DNA of 45,749 bases. Source: an uncultured bacterium (GTDB taxonomy: Bacteria > SAR324 > NAC60-12). The stretch spans positions 1 through 45,749 of the forward strand of contig CBFIJD010000026.1 in assembly GCA_965662845.1 (NCBI GenBank), read 5' to 3'. Positions within the stretch are counted from its first letter, which is position 1, and each line of letters starts with the position of its first letter. Positions 1 through 9,252 of this stretch are shown here, piece after piece. Under the pieces are notes generated by a model, which was given only the letters and a program-made list of their open reading frames with translations, had not been told where the DNA came from and did not search any database. The position numbers and the translations under genes were made by a program.

Positions 1-273
1 TGGCTCTGCTTGAAGTCACCACGCAGCAGCTCCGCCAAGCTTCAGATGTAGGCGGCGGGGTTGGGTTTTGGGACATCACGCGAATGCGTTCCTTTCTGGA
101 AGAGGACACCGAGGGTTGAGGCGCTGACTGGAACGCATCAAGAGCTAATATTTATTTTATGAAAAGAGTGTCCCCAGAGCGGGGAGAAGAGCGGGGCCTG
201 AGCCTCGTGAGCGACCGTCCCCCATGTGTGTAACGCGGTCGGCAAAGCTCAGGTTCTGAAGATTGTTGGGGGA

Positions 274-1476
274 TTACACGTTATGGCCTCGCAGCATCAG
301 GTGCCAATACAGCGGAGGCAGAAGCTTCGTTTTGAGCATCCACATCGAGAATCGCTCTTGCGTGGGGTCAAGTGGGAAGCTTGGCATGAGCTTGCCGCCG
401 TAGCCAAATTCCGCCAAGACGACTTTTCCTTTCTTGGTAATCAGCGGACAGGACGCATAGCCGTTGTAAGAGGCGTCTAGAGATTTGCCCTGCATGACCG
501 CGGTTAAGTTCTTGACCAGCACAGGCGCTTGCTTACGAATCGCGGCAGCAGTCTTGGAGTTCGGCGTTGAAGAGGCGTCTCCCAGCGAGAAGACGTTGGG
601 GAACTTCGTGTGTTGCAGCGTGTGCTGATCCACATCCACCCAGCCCGCTTCGTTCGCGAGAGGACTGCTGCGCACAAAGTCAGGCGCACATTGCGGTGGC
701 ACGACATGGAGCAAGTCGTACTTCAGGGTGACCTGCTCGCTTTTGTCATCGGCCAACGCCACGTCAAAGGTGGCCTCTTTGGCTTCGACGTCCACTTTGG
801 TCAAGTTGTGCCGATAGTGCATCTGCACGCCATAGCGCTCAATCACTTGCTTCAGCGTGGGCACAAAGTCTGCGACGCCAAATGGGGCCACGCCGGGCAA
901 ACAGAACTTCAGGTCAATGTCGTGGTCTACCCCACGGGTTTGGAAGTTGTCACCTGAGAGATAGACAATCTTCTGGGGAGCCCCAGCGCATTTGATTGGC
1001 ATCACCGGTTGGGTAAAGACGGCGGTTCCAGCGCGAAACTCGCTGATCATTTCCCATGTCGCTGCGGCTCCTTGTGTGGTGTAAATGCTGGTGACACCGT
1101 TCTTGCCCACATCATCTGGGTTGAGGCCGGCAATCTGCGCCCAGTCCAGCTTAATGCCCGGCGCCACGATCAGATATTCATACTCCACGCTCTCGCCAGA
1201 ACGCAGCGTGACCTTGTTCTCTTCCGGCTGAAAGCTCTCTGCATACTCTTTGATCCAATCGGCTTCTTTGGGCATGACGTCGCCTTCGTTGCGGCGAGTG
1301 GACTCCACATCCCAGCCAATGCCACCACAGAGCGTCCAGCCCGGCTGATAGTAGTGGTCTTCGGACGGTTCAATCACCGCCAACTCTAAGCCCGAGTGTT
1401 TTCGCAACAGCTGCGACGCTGCGGTCAATCCTCCTGCGCCGCCACCGACAACAACGACTTTATATTTTGCTCTCAT
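274..1476 (-). CDS. sqr: Sulfide:quinone oxidoreductase (type II / SQRDL-like flavoprotein)
   Basis: FAD-binding VVVVGGGAGG; YYQPGWTL; the two catalytic Cys motifs KCAGAPQK and YASCP; SLGD; C-terminal amphipathic LPPLYWHLML. Start moved to MRAKYK (ATG 1476) because of an AGGGAG SD. Confidence 0.9.
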   Translation of the reverse strand: MRAKYKVVVVGGGAGGLTAASQLLRKHSGLELAVIEPSEDHYYQPGWTLCGGIGWDVESTRRNEGDVMPKEADWIKEYAESFQPEENKVTLRSGESVEYEYLIVAPGIKLDWAQIAGLNPDDVGKNGVTSIYTTQGAAATWEMISEFRAGTAVFTQPVMPIKCAGAPQKIVYLSGDNFQTRGVDHDIDLKFCLPGVAPFGVADFVPTLKQVIERYGVQMHYRHNLTKVDVEAKEATFDVALADDKSEQVTLKYDLLHVVPPQCAPDFVRSSPLANEAGWVDVDQHTLQHTKFPNVFSLGDASSTPNSKTAAAIRKQAPVLVKNLTAVMQGKSLDASYNGYASCPLITKKGKVVLAEFGYGGKLMPSFPLDPTQERFSMWMLKTKLLPPLYWHLMLRGHNV

Positions 1477-1553
1477 CGTGTGCTCCCTTGTTGGTTGGTT
1501 CCTCCCAGAATGCACAGCCCATAGCGATTTCTAAGGGACTGCTTTCGCCCTAC

Positions 1554-1617
1554 TTGTAGCACGCATTTGAATATCTACAAAACTTCAAATGCTGGACTCA
1601 AAATATTGGTCGACCAA
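1554..1617. promoter_or_regulatory. Cluster of inverted repeats in the sqr / phosphatase divergent promoter region (candidate operator)
   Basis: GCATTTGAA-N12-TTCAAATGC (1563-1592); TTGTAG...CTACAA (1554-1580); perfect palindrome TTGGTCGACCAA (1606-1617). Confidence 0.35.
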
Positions 1618-1793
1618 AGATTTCAAGAGAAGAGGACGCGAAAACATGAACACACCGCCTAGCGCGCGCTCAGACAGCGTCTGAGGTTGCAGGGATTGCC
1701 GCGAAAAAAATGACGCAAAAAAACAACTATGTACGGATCTTGAAAGAGGTACGGTTTCACACCCCAATTGCTCATCTAACAACTCATCTGGTT

Positions 1794-2597
1794 ATGTCAC
1801 GACACCTGATCATTGGAGATGTTCACGGGTGCGTCAGAGAATTGGAATCTCTGCTCCGGAAGGTCCGCTATCGAGCGAGCCGCGACACGCTAGTCTTTGT
1901 GGGCGATGTGTTCAATAAAGGCCCCTTTGGCTATGAAACCCTGAGTCTCATCCAAGACCTCAGCACCGACGGTAAAGTCACCTTGGTGCGCGGCAATCAT
2001 GACGAAAAATTTCTGCTGTTTTACCACCGCTTTGCCAGCAAACTGCGTCAGGGCGATCTGCCGCCCAAGCGACTGGCAGAGGCTTGGTTGGGACCTCAGG
2101 GGCCCGAGGCCCTCCGCAAGTTCCGCAAGCGGGACTGGAAGTTTCTCCACGAGACCCCGCTCGCTTACCAAACCAAAGGCCTCACTGTGATTCACGGTGG
2201 CCTCTCTCCCAAGATTCACACAGCAGACAAATATCTTCAGGACTCCCATAAGTGGTCAGCGAAGCAGCGCACCGAGATCAAATCGATCATGTACATCCGC
2301 CAGCTGCATAAGAACGGAGCCCTCCCCAAAGCCAATGAGACGCGTCGGCTTGTCCCGTGGACAGAGCTTTATGACGGGCGCTTCGGGGTGGTGGTCTATG
2401 GACACCAACCGGCGCCGCATGTGCGACACGCTCGCCAGACGTATGGCATTGACACCGCCTGCTGCTACGGCAACCGCCTGACGTCTCTGATCTATGAGCC
2501 GGGGGAGCCGATCTATTGGGAGTCTGTGAACGCTCGTAAATGTTATGCCCCCAGCCGAGGGAGCAAAAGACTGCGCTATGCGTCCGCCGCAAATTGA
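1794..2597 (+). CDS. Metallophosphoesterase, ApaH/PrpE (PPP-phosphatase-like) family
   Basis: GDVHG, GDVFNKG, RGNHD, HGG, YGH and GIDT motifs. The start at MSRHLIIGD fits the family. Confidence 0.85.
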   Translation: MSRHLIIGDVHGCVRELESLLRKVRYRASRDTLVFVGDVFNKGPFGYETLSLIQDLSTDGKVTLVRGNHDEKFLLFYHRFASKLRQGDLPPKRLAEAWLGPQGPEALRKFRKRDWKFLHETPLAYQTKGLTVIHGGLSPKIHTADKYLQDSHKWSAKQRTEIKSIMYIRQLHKNGALPKANETRRLVPWTELYDGRFGVVVYGHQPAPHVRHARQTYGIDTACCYGNRLTSLIYEPGEPIYWESVNARKCYAPSRGSKRLRYASAAN

Positions 2598-2598
2598 A

Positions 2599-2991
2599 AT
2601 GTCCACGCCTGCTCAGGCTCCTGACACACGAGAGCACCCGCTGGCGGTGCTGCAGCGCACTCCCCAGTGGCAAGAGCTGCTCCGCTGCTGGGAGGCACGC
2701 CGACAACAGTGGGTCAGCGCCGCGGCGTCGCCCTCGCTCCAAGAGTGGCAGGCCCTCGTGCTGCTGGGGACCTGCGTGGGCTTCTTTGAGCGCGAGCTGC
2801 GACCTGACGCGGCCGCTCATCAATACATCTTCCCGCGCCTGCTAGAAGACGTGAATCGTCTCCATGAACAGCTCTCCGCACAGGCCACAGATTTGCACAG
2901 TCCGGCGCTGCTGCATCAAGTCTTCGACTACGGGGTGCAGTGGGTTTACTACATGGACTGGGATCTCTACATCTCTCAAGAACTCTACTGA
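2599..2991 (+). CDS. Hypothetical protein (~130 aa)
   Basis: Fills the gap between co-directional genes; ATG 1 nt after the upstream stop; normal codon usage; no family recognised. Confidence 0.6.
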   Translation: MSTPAQAPDTREHPLAVLQRTPQWQELLRCWEARRQQWVSAAASPSLQEWQALVLLGTCVGFFERELRPDAAAHQYIFPRLLEDVNRLHEQLSAQATDLHSPALLHQVFDYGVQWVYYMDWDLYISQELY

Positions 2992-3013
2992 ACTCTCTCC
3001 CTGAGCATCCGCT

Positions 3014-3673
3014 GTGTCACTTCTGCACCGTGTTTCCCTTGGACTGCTGCTGCTGGGTCTGTGTGCCTCAGCCTCTTCCACCGCTGCCATGTCCCGCGCT
3101 GACGAGCCTTACACGTTGCAGCTTGTGAGCACCTCTGTCGGCTACGGCGTCTTCGGCGGGAAGTACCTCACTGAGGAGTGGTTAGTGGGGTTGCAAGCGA
3201 CGGAGGCGTCACAATACCAGAAGACTACCGAGCCTTATGCTCGCGTCAATCGAAAGCCCTGCTGTCAGGAGAGCTTGAAGCAAGAAGCGACCGTTGCCCT
3301 GCTGCTGGCGCGCTGGCACGTATTAGACAACCCGTTCTTTCTGCAAGGTGGCGCCGCATATCGACGGCAAGAGCACATCGCTGAGTACGACCACGGCTGG
3401 CTGGGTGAAGTGCAAGTCACCTGGAGCTCCTTCGCGGCGAACGCAGGAGTCGGAGGGCAATGGCTGCTTGACTCAGGCCTCACCTTGGGAGCCGGCTATA
3501 GCGTCTTGTTCTCTGAAGAACCGAAACTGCGTCACCGGATGATCGAACCTCAGTATGTCTTTGATCCTGACGAGCAGGCCTACATTGACAAGAAGATGCG
3601 CCAAGAGCGCAATCGCCTCGATGACTACGCCCGCTGGCCTGTTTTCATGGCGAGTCTCGGCTGGAGTTTCTGA
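3014..3673 (+). CDS. Exported protein, probable small outer-membrane beta-barrel
   Basis: Sec-type signal peptide, alternating amphipathic strands, C-terminal beta-signal LGWSF. Confidence 0.6.
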   Translation: MSLLHRVSLGLLLLGLCASASSTAAMSRADEPYTLQLVSTSVGYGVFGGKYLTEEWLVGLQATEASQYQKTTEPYARVNRKPCCQESLKQEATVALLLARWHVLDNPFFLQGGAAYRRQEHIAEYDHGWLGEVQVTWSSFAANAGVGGQWLLDSGLTLGAGYSVLFSEEPKLRHRMIEPQYVFDPDEQAYIDKKMRQERNRLDDYARWPVFMASLGWSF

Positions 3674-3870
3674 GCGAGCGCCGTTAGGCTGCCTCCTCTT
3701 GCGTCACGTATTGCGCGCTCTGAGGTGCTCTATGTTCGCCCGATCTGGAGCATCGCAACGATCTTCTCCTCAAGGGGAGAGACACTCGCTGAAGCCGCCC
3801 CCCTCCGGCACCGTTTGAACGCCGCAGGCATCACCTCCAACCCTGAATCTTCATCCTTGCGAGAATCCAA

Positions 3871-4500
3871 ATGATTCACCTTTACACTTGGGCCACCCCG
3901 AACGGCCGCAAAATCTCCATCGCGCTTGAGGAGCTAGCGCTGCCATACCAGACACATCCCGTCGACATCAGCGCCGATGAGCAGTTTCGCCCAGAGTTCT
4001 TGGAGATTAGCCCCAACAACAAAATCCCAGCGATTGTCGAGGAAGAGACGGGCATCACGATGATGGAATCCGGCGCGATCTTGCAATACCTCGCCGCCAA
4101 GACGGGCAAGCTCGGAGGCGATGAGCAGAGCCGCTGGAACGTGACGCAGTGGTTGATGTGGCAAAAAGGCGGGCTGGGTCCCATGCTCGGGCAAGCCTAT
4201 CACTTCCTGCAGGTGCACCCTGAAGTGGAATACGCAGCGGAGCGCTATCGCCAAGAAGCGCAGCGACTCTATGGCGTGCTGGACAAACAGCTCGCCAACC
4301 ACGAATTCCTCGCTGGCAGCGAGTACAGCATCGCAGACATTGCCACGTGGCCTTGGACGTGTGGTCACAAAATGCAGGGCGTCAGCTTCGCCGACTTTCC
4401 ACACGTCAAGCGCTGGTATGAACACATCGCGGCCCGCCCCGCTGTACAACGCGGTTATCGAGTCCCCGACGCAGAAGCCGTCATTCCCGCCGCCGACTGA
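3871..4500 (+). CDS. yfcG: Glutathione S-transferase, YfcG/nu-class disulfide oxidoreductase
   Basis: TPNG motif, ISPNNKIPAI, ESGAIL, GLGPMLGQ, SIADIA. Confidence 0.88.
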   Translation: MIHLYTWATPNGRKISIALEELALPYQTHPVDISADEQFRPEFLEISPNNKIPAIVEEETGITMMESGAILQYLAAKTGKLGGDEQSRWNVTQWLMWQKGGLGPMLGQAYHFLQVHPEVEYAAERYRQEAQRLYGVLDKQLANHEFLAGSEYSIADIATWPWTCGHKMQGVSFADFPHVKRWYEHIAARPAVQRGYRVPDAEAVIPAAD

Positions 4501-4520
4501 CCTCCCTCTCACAAACTCCC

Positions 4521-5429
4521 ATGGCACTCAAGACTCTCTGGACGCAACGACAAGCATGGCTCCTTGCAATCCGCCCCAAAACGCTGGGAGCCGCCATCGC
4601 GCCGGTCATGATCGGCACGGCGCTCGCCGCCGGAGATGGCGCTTTTCATCTGAACGCGGCGCTGGCGGCGCTGTTGGGGGCGGTTCTGATTCAGATCGGA
4701 ACCAACTTTGCCAACGACTACTACGACTTTCAAAAGGGCGCCGACACCGCAGAGCGTCTGGGCCCACAACGAGTGACGCAGTCCGGTTTGTTGCCTCCTG
4801 CAGCGGTCAAGCAGCTGTTCCTCATCGTGTTTGGGCTGGCGGCGCTGTGCGGCGTGTATTTGGTGGCGCGAGCAGGCTTCCCGATCGTCGTGATCGGTTT
4901 GCTCTCTGTGGCGTGTGGGATTGGCTATACCGGAGGGCCCTATCCGCTGGCCTACAACGGGCTGGGCGACATCTTCGTCCTCATCTTCTTTGGCCCTGTC
5001 GCCGCTGGAGGGACGTACTTCGTGCAGGCGCTGGAGTGGAGCTCACTGGCGCTGGCAGCAGGGCTAGTGCCCGGTTTGACCGCGACCGCGTTGATTGCTG
5101 TCAACAACCTCCGCGACGCGCCAACGGACGCCAAAGTCGACAAAAAAACGCTCGCGGTGCGCTTTGGAGAAGACTTTGTGCGCTTCGAGATTCAGTTTGC
5201 GTTGCTGCTGAGCGGGACGCTGCCGCTGTTGCTTGTCTTGGCTGACCCCGATCACTGGCCCGCGCTGATCTGCCTCGCGACGTGGAAGCCAATGCTGGAG
5301 ATCATCCGCTCAATTCGCCTTGGCACGACCGGGCGGGGCTTGAATCTGGTCCTCGCGCAAACAGGCAAGCTGCTGCTGCTGCAAGCGCTCTTGTTCTCGG
5401 GCGGGTGGTTGCTCGGAGCCTTGTTCTGA
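4521..5429 (+). CDS. menA: 1,4-dihydroxy-2-naphthoate polyprenyltransferase
   Basis: [40 protein letters not shown]; multiple TM helices. Confidence 0.93.
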   Translation: MALKTLWTQRQAWLLAIRPKTLGAAIAPVMIGTALAAGDGAFHLNAALAALLGAVLIQIGTNFANDYYDFQKGADTAERLGPQRVTQSGLLPPAAVKQLFLIVFGLAALCGVYLVARAGFPIVVIGLLSVACGIGYTGGPYPLAYNGLGDIFVLIFFGPVAAGGTYFVQALEWSSLALAAGLVPGLTATALIAVNNLRDAPTDAKVDKKTLAVRFGEDFVRFEIQFALLLSGTLPLLLVLADPDHWPALICLATWKPMLEIIRSIRLGTTGRGLNLVLAQTGKLLLLQALLFSGGWLLGALF

Positions 5430-5596
5430 AGTTCAAGCGCTGTGCGGGATGCCGGCAAGCCGTGAGCGTCGCGTTCCGTATCCAAACCACCCGAGGGGGT
5501 GACTGGGTCTTCGTCTGCCGCGTCTGCATGGAAGCCAGCCGCCAGGAGAACCCCGACTATCGCTACGGCGGCACGTGGAAAGGAAAGCGACACTGA
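5426..5596 (+). CDS. Small putative zinc-binding protein (CxxC...CxxC, YRYGGTWK), probable CTG start
   Basis: Reads KFKRCAGC...VCRVC...NPDYRYGGTWKGKRH. GGAG lies 7 nt upstream of a CTG that overlaps the menA TGA. Confidence 0.6.
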   Translation: MKFKRCAGCRQAVSVAFRIQTTRGGDWVFVCRVCMEASRQENPDYRYGGTWKGKRH

Positions 5597-5603
5597 GCGC
5601 GGC

Positions 5604-6578
5604 TCAAACGCGAGGAAACCAGCAGCGCACCGCGTGCTGCTCAGAGAGCGCCACGCGCGGTGGAGCTTCCTGCGCACACTGACTCTGGCGAAAGGCGCAG
5701 CGGTCGTAAAAACGGCAGCCTTGTGGGAGGTCTCGCAACGAAGGGAGCGCCCCCGGAATCGGCGTGAAGGTCGCGTTGGTGTCTTCAGGGCGCGGTCTCG
5801 CCTGCTGCAGCGCGATGGTGTACGGATGCGACGGCGTCTCTAGGTGCGCGACGGGCACCTCCTCAATGATCTCCCCGGCATACATCACAATCACCCGATC
5901 CACCAAATAGCCCACCACGTCCAAATCGTGCGAGATGAACAGCATCGCCATGTGGCGCTCGCGCTGAAGCTCTTGCAGCAGCTGCAGAATCTGCGCTTGT
6001 GTGGTCACGTCGAGCGCAGTTGTCGGTTCATCGGCGATGAGTAAGTCCGGCTCGTTGATCAACGCCATCGCAATCATCACGCGCTGTCGCATCCCCCCTG
6101 AAAACTGGTGTGGATACCAACCCAGCTTCTCCTCGACCTCCCGAATCCCAACTTGTCGCAGCAACTCCGCGCAGCGCTCCCGGCGCTCTCTGCCCGACAA
6201 GCGCGTGTGCTCGCGCAAGACCTCTTCCAGCTGCTCACCAATGCGCAACACCGGATTCAGCGCCGTCATTGGCTCTTGGAAGATCATCGCGATCTCGTTG
6301 CCACGGATTTTGCGCCACTCGCGGTTGGAAGCGAGCAACAGATTTCGACCACGCCAACGCAGCTCACCAGCTTGACTCAGCAACGGAGGGCGACTGATCA
6401 GCCCCAAAATCGAGAGCGCCGTGAGGGACTTTCCACAACCTGACTCGCCAACGATCCCGACGGTTTCGTGGGGTTCGATGCTCAAATTCAGGTGGTGCAG
6501 AACTGGGAGCGGTTGGCTTTGCTGTTGTAGCGTGAGGGAGTAGTCGTGGAGTTGAAGCAGCGGAGTCGATGCGGACAT
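5604..6578 (-). CDS. dppD: Oligopeptide/dipeptide ABC transporter ATP-binding subunit (DppD/OppD)
   Basis: Walker A GESGCGKS, IFQEPMTALNP, signature FSGGMRQR, Walker B IADEPTT, HPYT and a C-terminal Cys cluster (CRF..RC...C...C). Confidence 0.9.
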   Translation of the reverse strand: MSASTPLLQLHDYSLTLQQQSQPLPVLHHLNLSIEPHETVGIVGESGCGKSLTALSILGLISRPPLLSQAGELRWRGRNLLLASNREWRKIRGNEIAMIFQEPMTALNPVLRIGEQLEEVLREHTRLSGRERRERCAELLRQVGIREVEEKLGWYPHQFSGGMRQRVMIAMALINEPDLLIADEPTTALDVTTQAQILQLLQELQRERHMAMLFISHDLDVVGYLVDRVIVMYAGEIIEEVPVAHLETPSHPYTIALQQARPRPEDTNATFTPIPGALPSLRDLPQGCRFYDRCAFRQSQCAQEAPPRVALSEQHAVRCWFPRV

Positions 6579-6982
6579 GGTGGTCTTGGCTAGAGTTGAG
6601 CAGCCAAGATACGGATTTTGCGAGCAGTGGCAAGCGGTGTGTGGTCTGGAATCAGGAGCGTCAGCGCGGCATGCCCTGAACCGTTCCTGATTCCCTCCTC
6701 CCTAGTTGAAAATCGCATGTGCGATTCTGACGCTTCTCTGCACAGCGGAGGCCACTTTCACGAGAACGTGACATTTTGCGAGAAAATGAACACGTAGTGA
6801 CGGATTCGCAACTTTAGTGATAGAAAACAGCTCAAACGCTGCGCTATCTACTAGGTAAAAAAACTTAGATTCAGCGCAAACCACACATTTTTCTCTTAAG
6901 AAATACAAAAAAGATAAAATTATCATTTTTAGACTCACGTCGATTGCGCTCCTCTCACGATGCTTTGCGCAGGCAGCGCGCG

Positions 6983-7771
6983 CTAGTCAGAGAAGTCCAA
7001 CCGTCGCGCATTCTCGAGAAAGTCATGGTTGTGTACGATCACATTTCCCCCCTCTAAGAGTAGAATTCCATACATCGGCGCTTCGTGGATCAGCCCAAAC
7101 GGCTCGCCCCGCATCGAGAGGGTCACCTGATGCACCGTTGAGCGCTGGGTCGCAAACGGAATCCCGCGCCAGACGCCGTGCACGGGGCGATGCAAATGCC
7201 CAAAAAACAAGTGTCGCACGTTGCTGTGCGAGGTCACGACGTCCACAAACCGCTCGGGCTCACGCAGGCTGCAGGCGTCCATATCGGGGATGCCAACCGT
7301 GAAGGGAGGGTGGTGCATGAAGAGATACACGTCGCGCTCGGCATAGCGCTCTAGCTGTTGCTGAAGCCAAGCGCAGCGTCGCTCACAGTACACTCCATCT
7401 GTGAGGCCTTCCTCTAAAGTATCCAACAACAGCAACACGCCCGCCTCACACTCCACCGCTGACTGCACAAAACCGTGCTCATCGCAGGGAATTTCAGGAA
7501 ACGTCGCGCGGAAGTGGTCGCGAGCGTCGTGATTTCCGACGATGAGGTGATACGGCGCCTGGGCTTCGTGAGCGAGGACTTCGCGCAGCAGCGCGTAAGA
7601 CTCTCGATCACCGGAGTTGGTCAGGTCTCCGGTAAAGACCAAGGCGTCTGCGTCAGGGTGCCGCTGTGCGATGTTCCGCAGAGCGTGGCGTAAGTTCTCA
7701 TGCGGGAAATAACCATAGAGCTCTTGGGTGCGTGGGACGAGGTGCAAATCGGTGAGTTGTATCAATTTCAT
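6983..7771 (-). CDS. CpdA/GpdQ-like metallophosphodiesterase
   Basis: TDLH, TGDL, GNHD, HHPP, GHLH motifs. Start at MKLIQL. Confidence 0.85.
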   Translation of the reverse strand: MKLIQLTDLHLVPRTQELYGYFPHENLRHALRNIAQRHPDADALVFTGDLTNSGDRESYALLREVLAHEAQAPYHLIVGNHDARDHFRATFPEIPCDEHGFVQSAVECEAGVLLLLDTLEEGLTDGVYCERRCAWLQQQLERYAERDVYLFMHHPPFTVGIPDMDACSLREPERFVDVVTSHSNVRHLFFGHLHRPVHGVWRGIPFATQRSTVHQVTLSMRGEPFGLIHEAPMYGILLLEGGNVIVHNHDFLENARRLDFSD

Positions 7772-7942
7772 CAGAGCGCTCGGGACGAAGGGTAGGGGAT
7801 TTTGTTGATTTTGTGCATTGGGAACATAAATGCTCAAGGCCAACTGCATTCTGCATTCTTTTGTCGGGTTGCGCCGCGCTTACCGAAGCAGGCTCACCGG
7901 CGGCTTCTACCAGGCCCCAACAGACAACGGCGACGCGTCCGT

Positions 7943-7966
7943 TTGATGTGCCGATTGATGTGCCGA
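7943..7966. repeat. 12-bp perfect tandem direct repeat TTGATGTGCCGA x2 in a divergent intergenic region
   Basis: Seen directly; lies 14 nt upstream of a TTGACA hexamer at 7981. Confidence 0.7.
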
Positions 7967-8113
7967 CGCTCTGGAGTCGCTTGACAACGCAAAAGCCTGC
8001 CCTGAGCATAATAAGGCCTTTCGTTGGCGCAGCAACTTTCTTCCGAACGTTTGCTGGTTTTCGGAATTCCTCTGGAGACAGTCACCACCTTCCCTCTTCG
8101 TTTGGAGAAAGCC

Positions 8114-8977
8114 ATGTTGAAGCAAGAAATCATCGAATTGTACGACGAATACACGCACGCGCCGCTCCCCCGCCGCACGTTCTTAGAACGTCTGGCGACG
8201 CTCGCAGGAGGAGCTGCGGCCGCAGTCGCGCTGCTGCCCATGCTCGAGAACAACTATGCTCAAGCGCAGATGATTGAGGAAGACGACCGACGCCTCACCA
8301 CAGATCGCGTCAGCTTCCCGACTCCGAACGGCGCAATCCAAGGCTACCTTGCGCGCCCACGCTCGGCAGGACAATTCCCGGCCATTGTCGTGATTCATGA
8401 GAACCGAGGTCTCAACCCACACATCGAAGATGTCACCCGCCGCGCCGCCTTGGAAGGTTACATCGCCTTAGCCCCTGACGCATTGAGCCGAGACGGCGGC
8501 ACTCCCGCAGATCCAGATCAAGCCCGCACCCTCATCAACGGATTGGACGCCGCCGTGACGCAGCAAGATTACCTCGCAGCGGTCAGCTTTTTGAAGAACC
8601 ACCAAGACACCATTGGGCGAGTGGGCTGTGTTGGCTTCTGCTGGGGCGGCGGTTTGGTGAACCGGCTCGTCGTCGCGACCACAGACCTCGACTGCGCCGT
8701 CTCTTTTTATGGCCGCCAAGCGAGCGCGGCTGAGGTACCAAAAATCCAGACGCCGCTGATGCTCCACTACGCTGGTTTGGACGAGCGCATTAACCGCGGC
8801 ATTCCCGACTTCGTGAACGCGCTGACCGCGAACGCGAAGCCGTTTACGCTCCACCTCTATCCTGAGGTCAACCACGCCTTCCACAACGACACAAACGCCG
8901 CGCGCTACAACCGTGACGCCGCCCAGCTGGCTTGGAGCCGCACCATCAACTTCTGGAAGCATCACCTCTACGCGTAA
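8114..8977 (+). CDS. Dienelactone hydrolase family protein (YghX-like) with Tat-like leader
   Basis: LYDEYTH..RRTFL leader, HENRGLNPHI, nucleophile GFCWGG, HAFHND; GGAG SD before ATG 8114. Confidence 0.88.
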   Translation: MLKQEIIELYDEYTHAPLPRRTFLERLATLAGGAAAAVALLPMLENNYAQAQMIEEDDRRLTTDRVSFPTPNGAIQGYLARPRSAGQFPAIVVIHENRGLNPHIEDVTRRAALEGYIALAPDALSRDGGTPADPDQARTLINGLDAAVTQQDYLAAVSFLKNHQDTIGRVGCVGFCWGGGLVNRLVVATTDLDCAVSFYGRQASAAEVPKIQTPLMLHYAGLDERINRGIPDFVNALTANAKPFTLHLYPEVNHAFHNDTNAARYNRDAAQLAWSRTINFWKHHLYA

Positions 8978-9252
8978 TCTTCGCCGCTCTCAACGCTTCG
9001 GCCACCACGTCGGAGCGTGTTCGAGGCTGCGCAAAACGTCTTGCCTCGCCGCCTGCCAGAATGCATGTTCTGCGTTTTCACGTTTCTTGGATGTCGCCTC
9101 GCTGTGGAACACGCGACTCATTCTGGACTCCGCAGCGCTTGCGCCTGAAATCTCTGATCGTTGAAGTCCAACAGAAGCGGAATCAACAGATGATCTTTCT
9201 GCCAAGCGCGACTCACTGAGCCTCTCTCCTAACTCTCCTTGCTTCAGGCCTC

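Noticed and set aside
1..273. Possible truncated minus-strand CDS (ATG at 76) or a HAD-like KPNPAAY fragment
   Set aside because: Too short and cut by the window edge; the HAD-like frame has a stop codon; no convincing family match.
4271..5245. 324-aa alternative-frame ORF over GST/menA, and similar long shadow ORFs (38072-38827, 39636-40358, 41864-42694, 22959-23696)
   Set aside because: They overlap well-supported genes and have the composition typical of GC-rich shadow frames.
6739..6754. Minus-strand TGGCCTCCGCTGTGCA as a sigma54 promoter for dppD
   Set aside because: Spacing is right but there are four mismatches to the consensus; plausible by chance.
8978..9252. Riboswitch or ncRNA upstream of the Aer-like gene
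   Set aside because: No recognisable conserved riboswitch motif or terminator; an Infernal/Rfam search would be needed.
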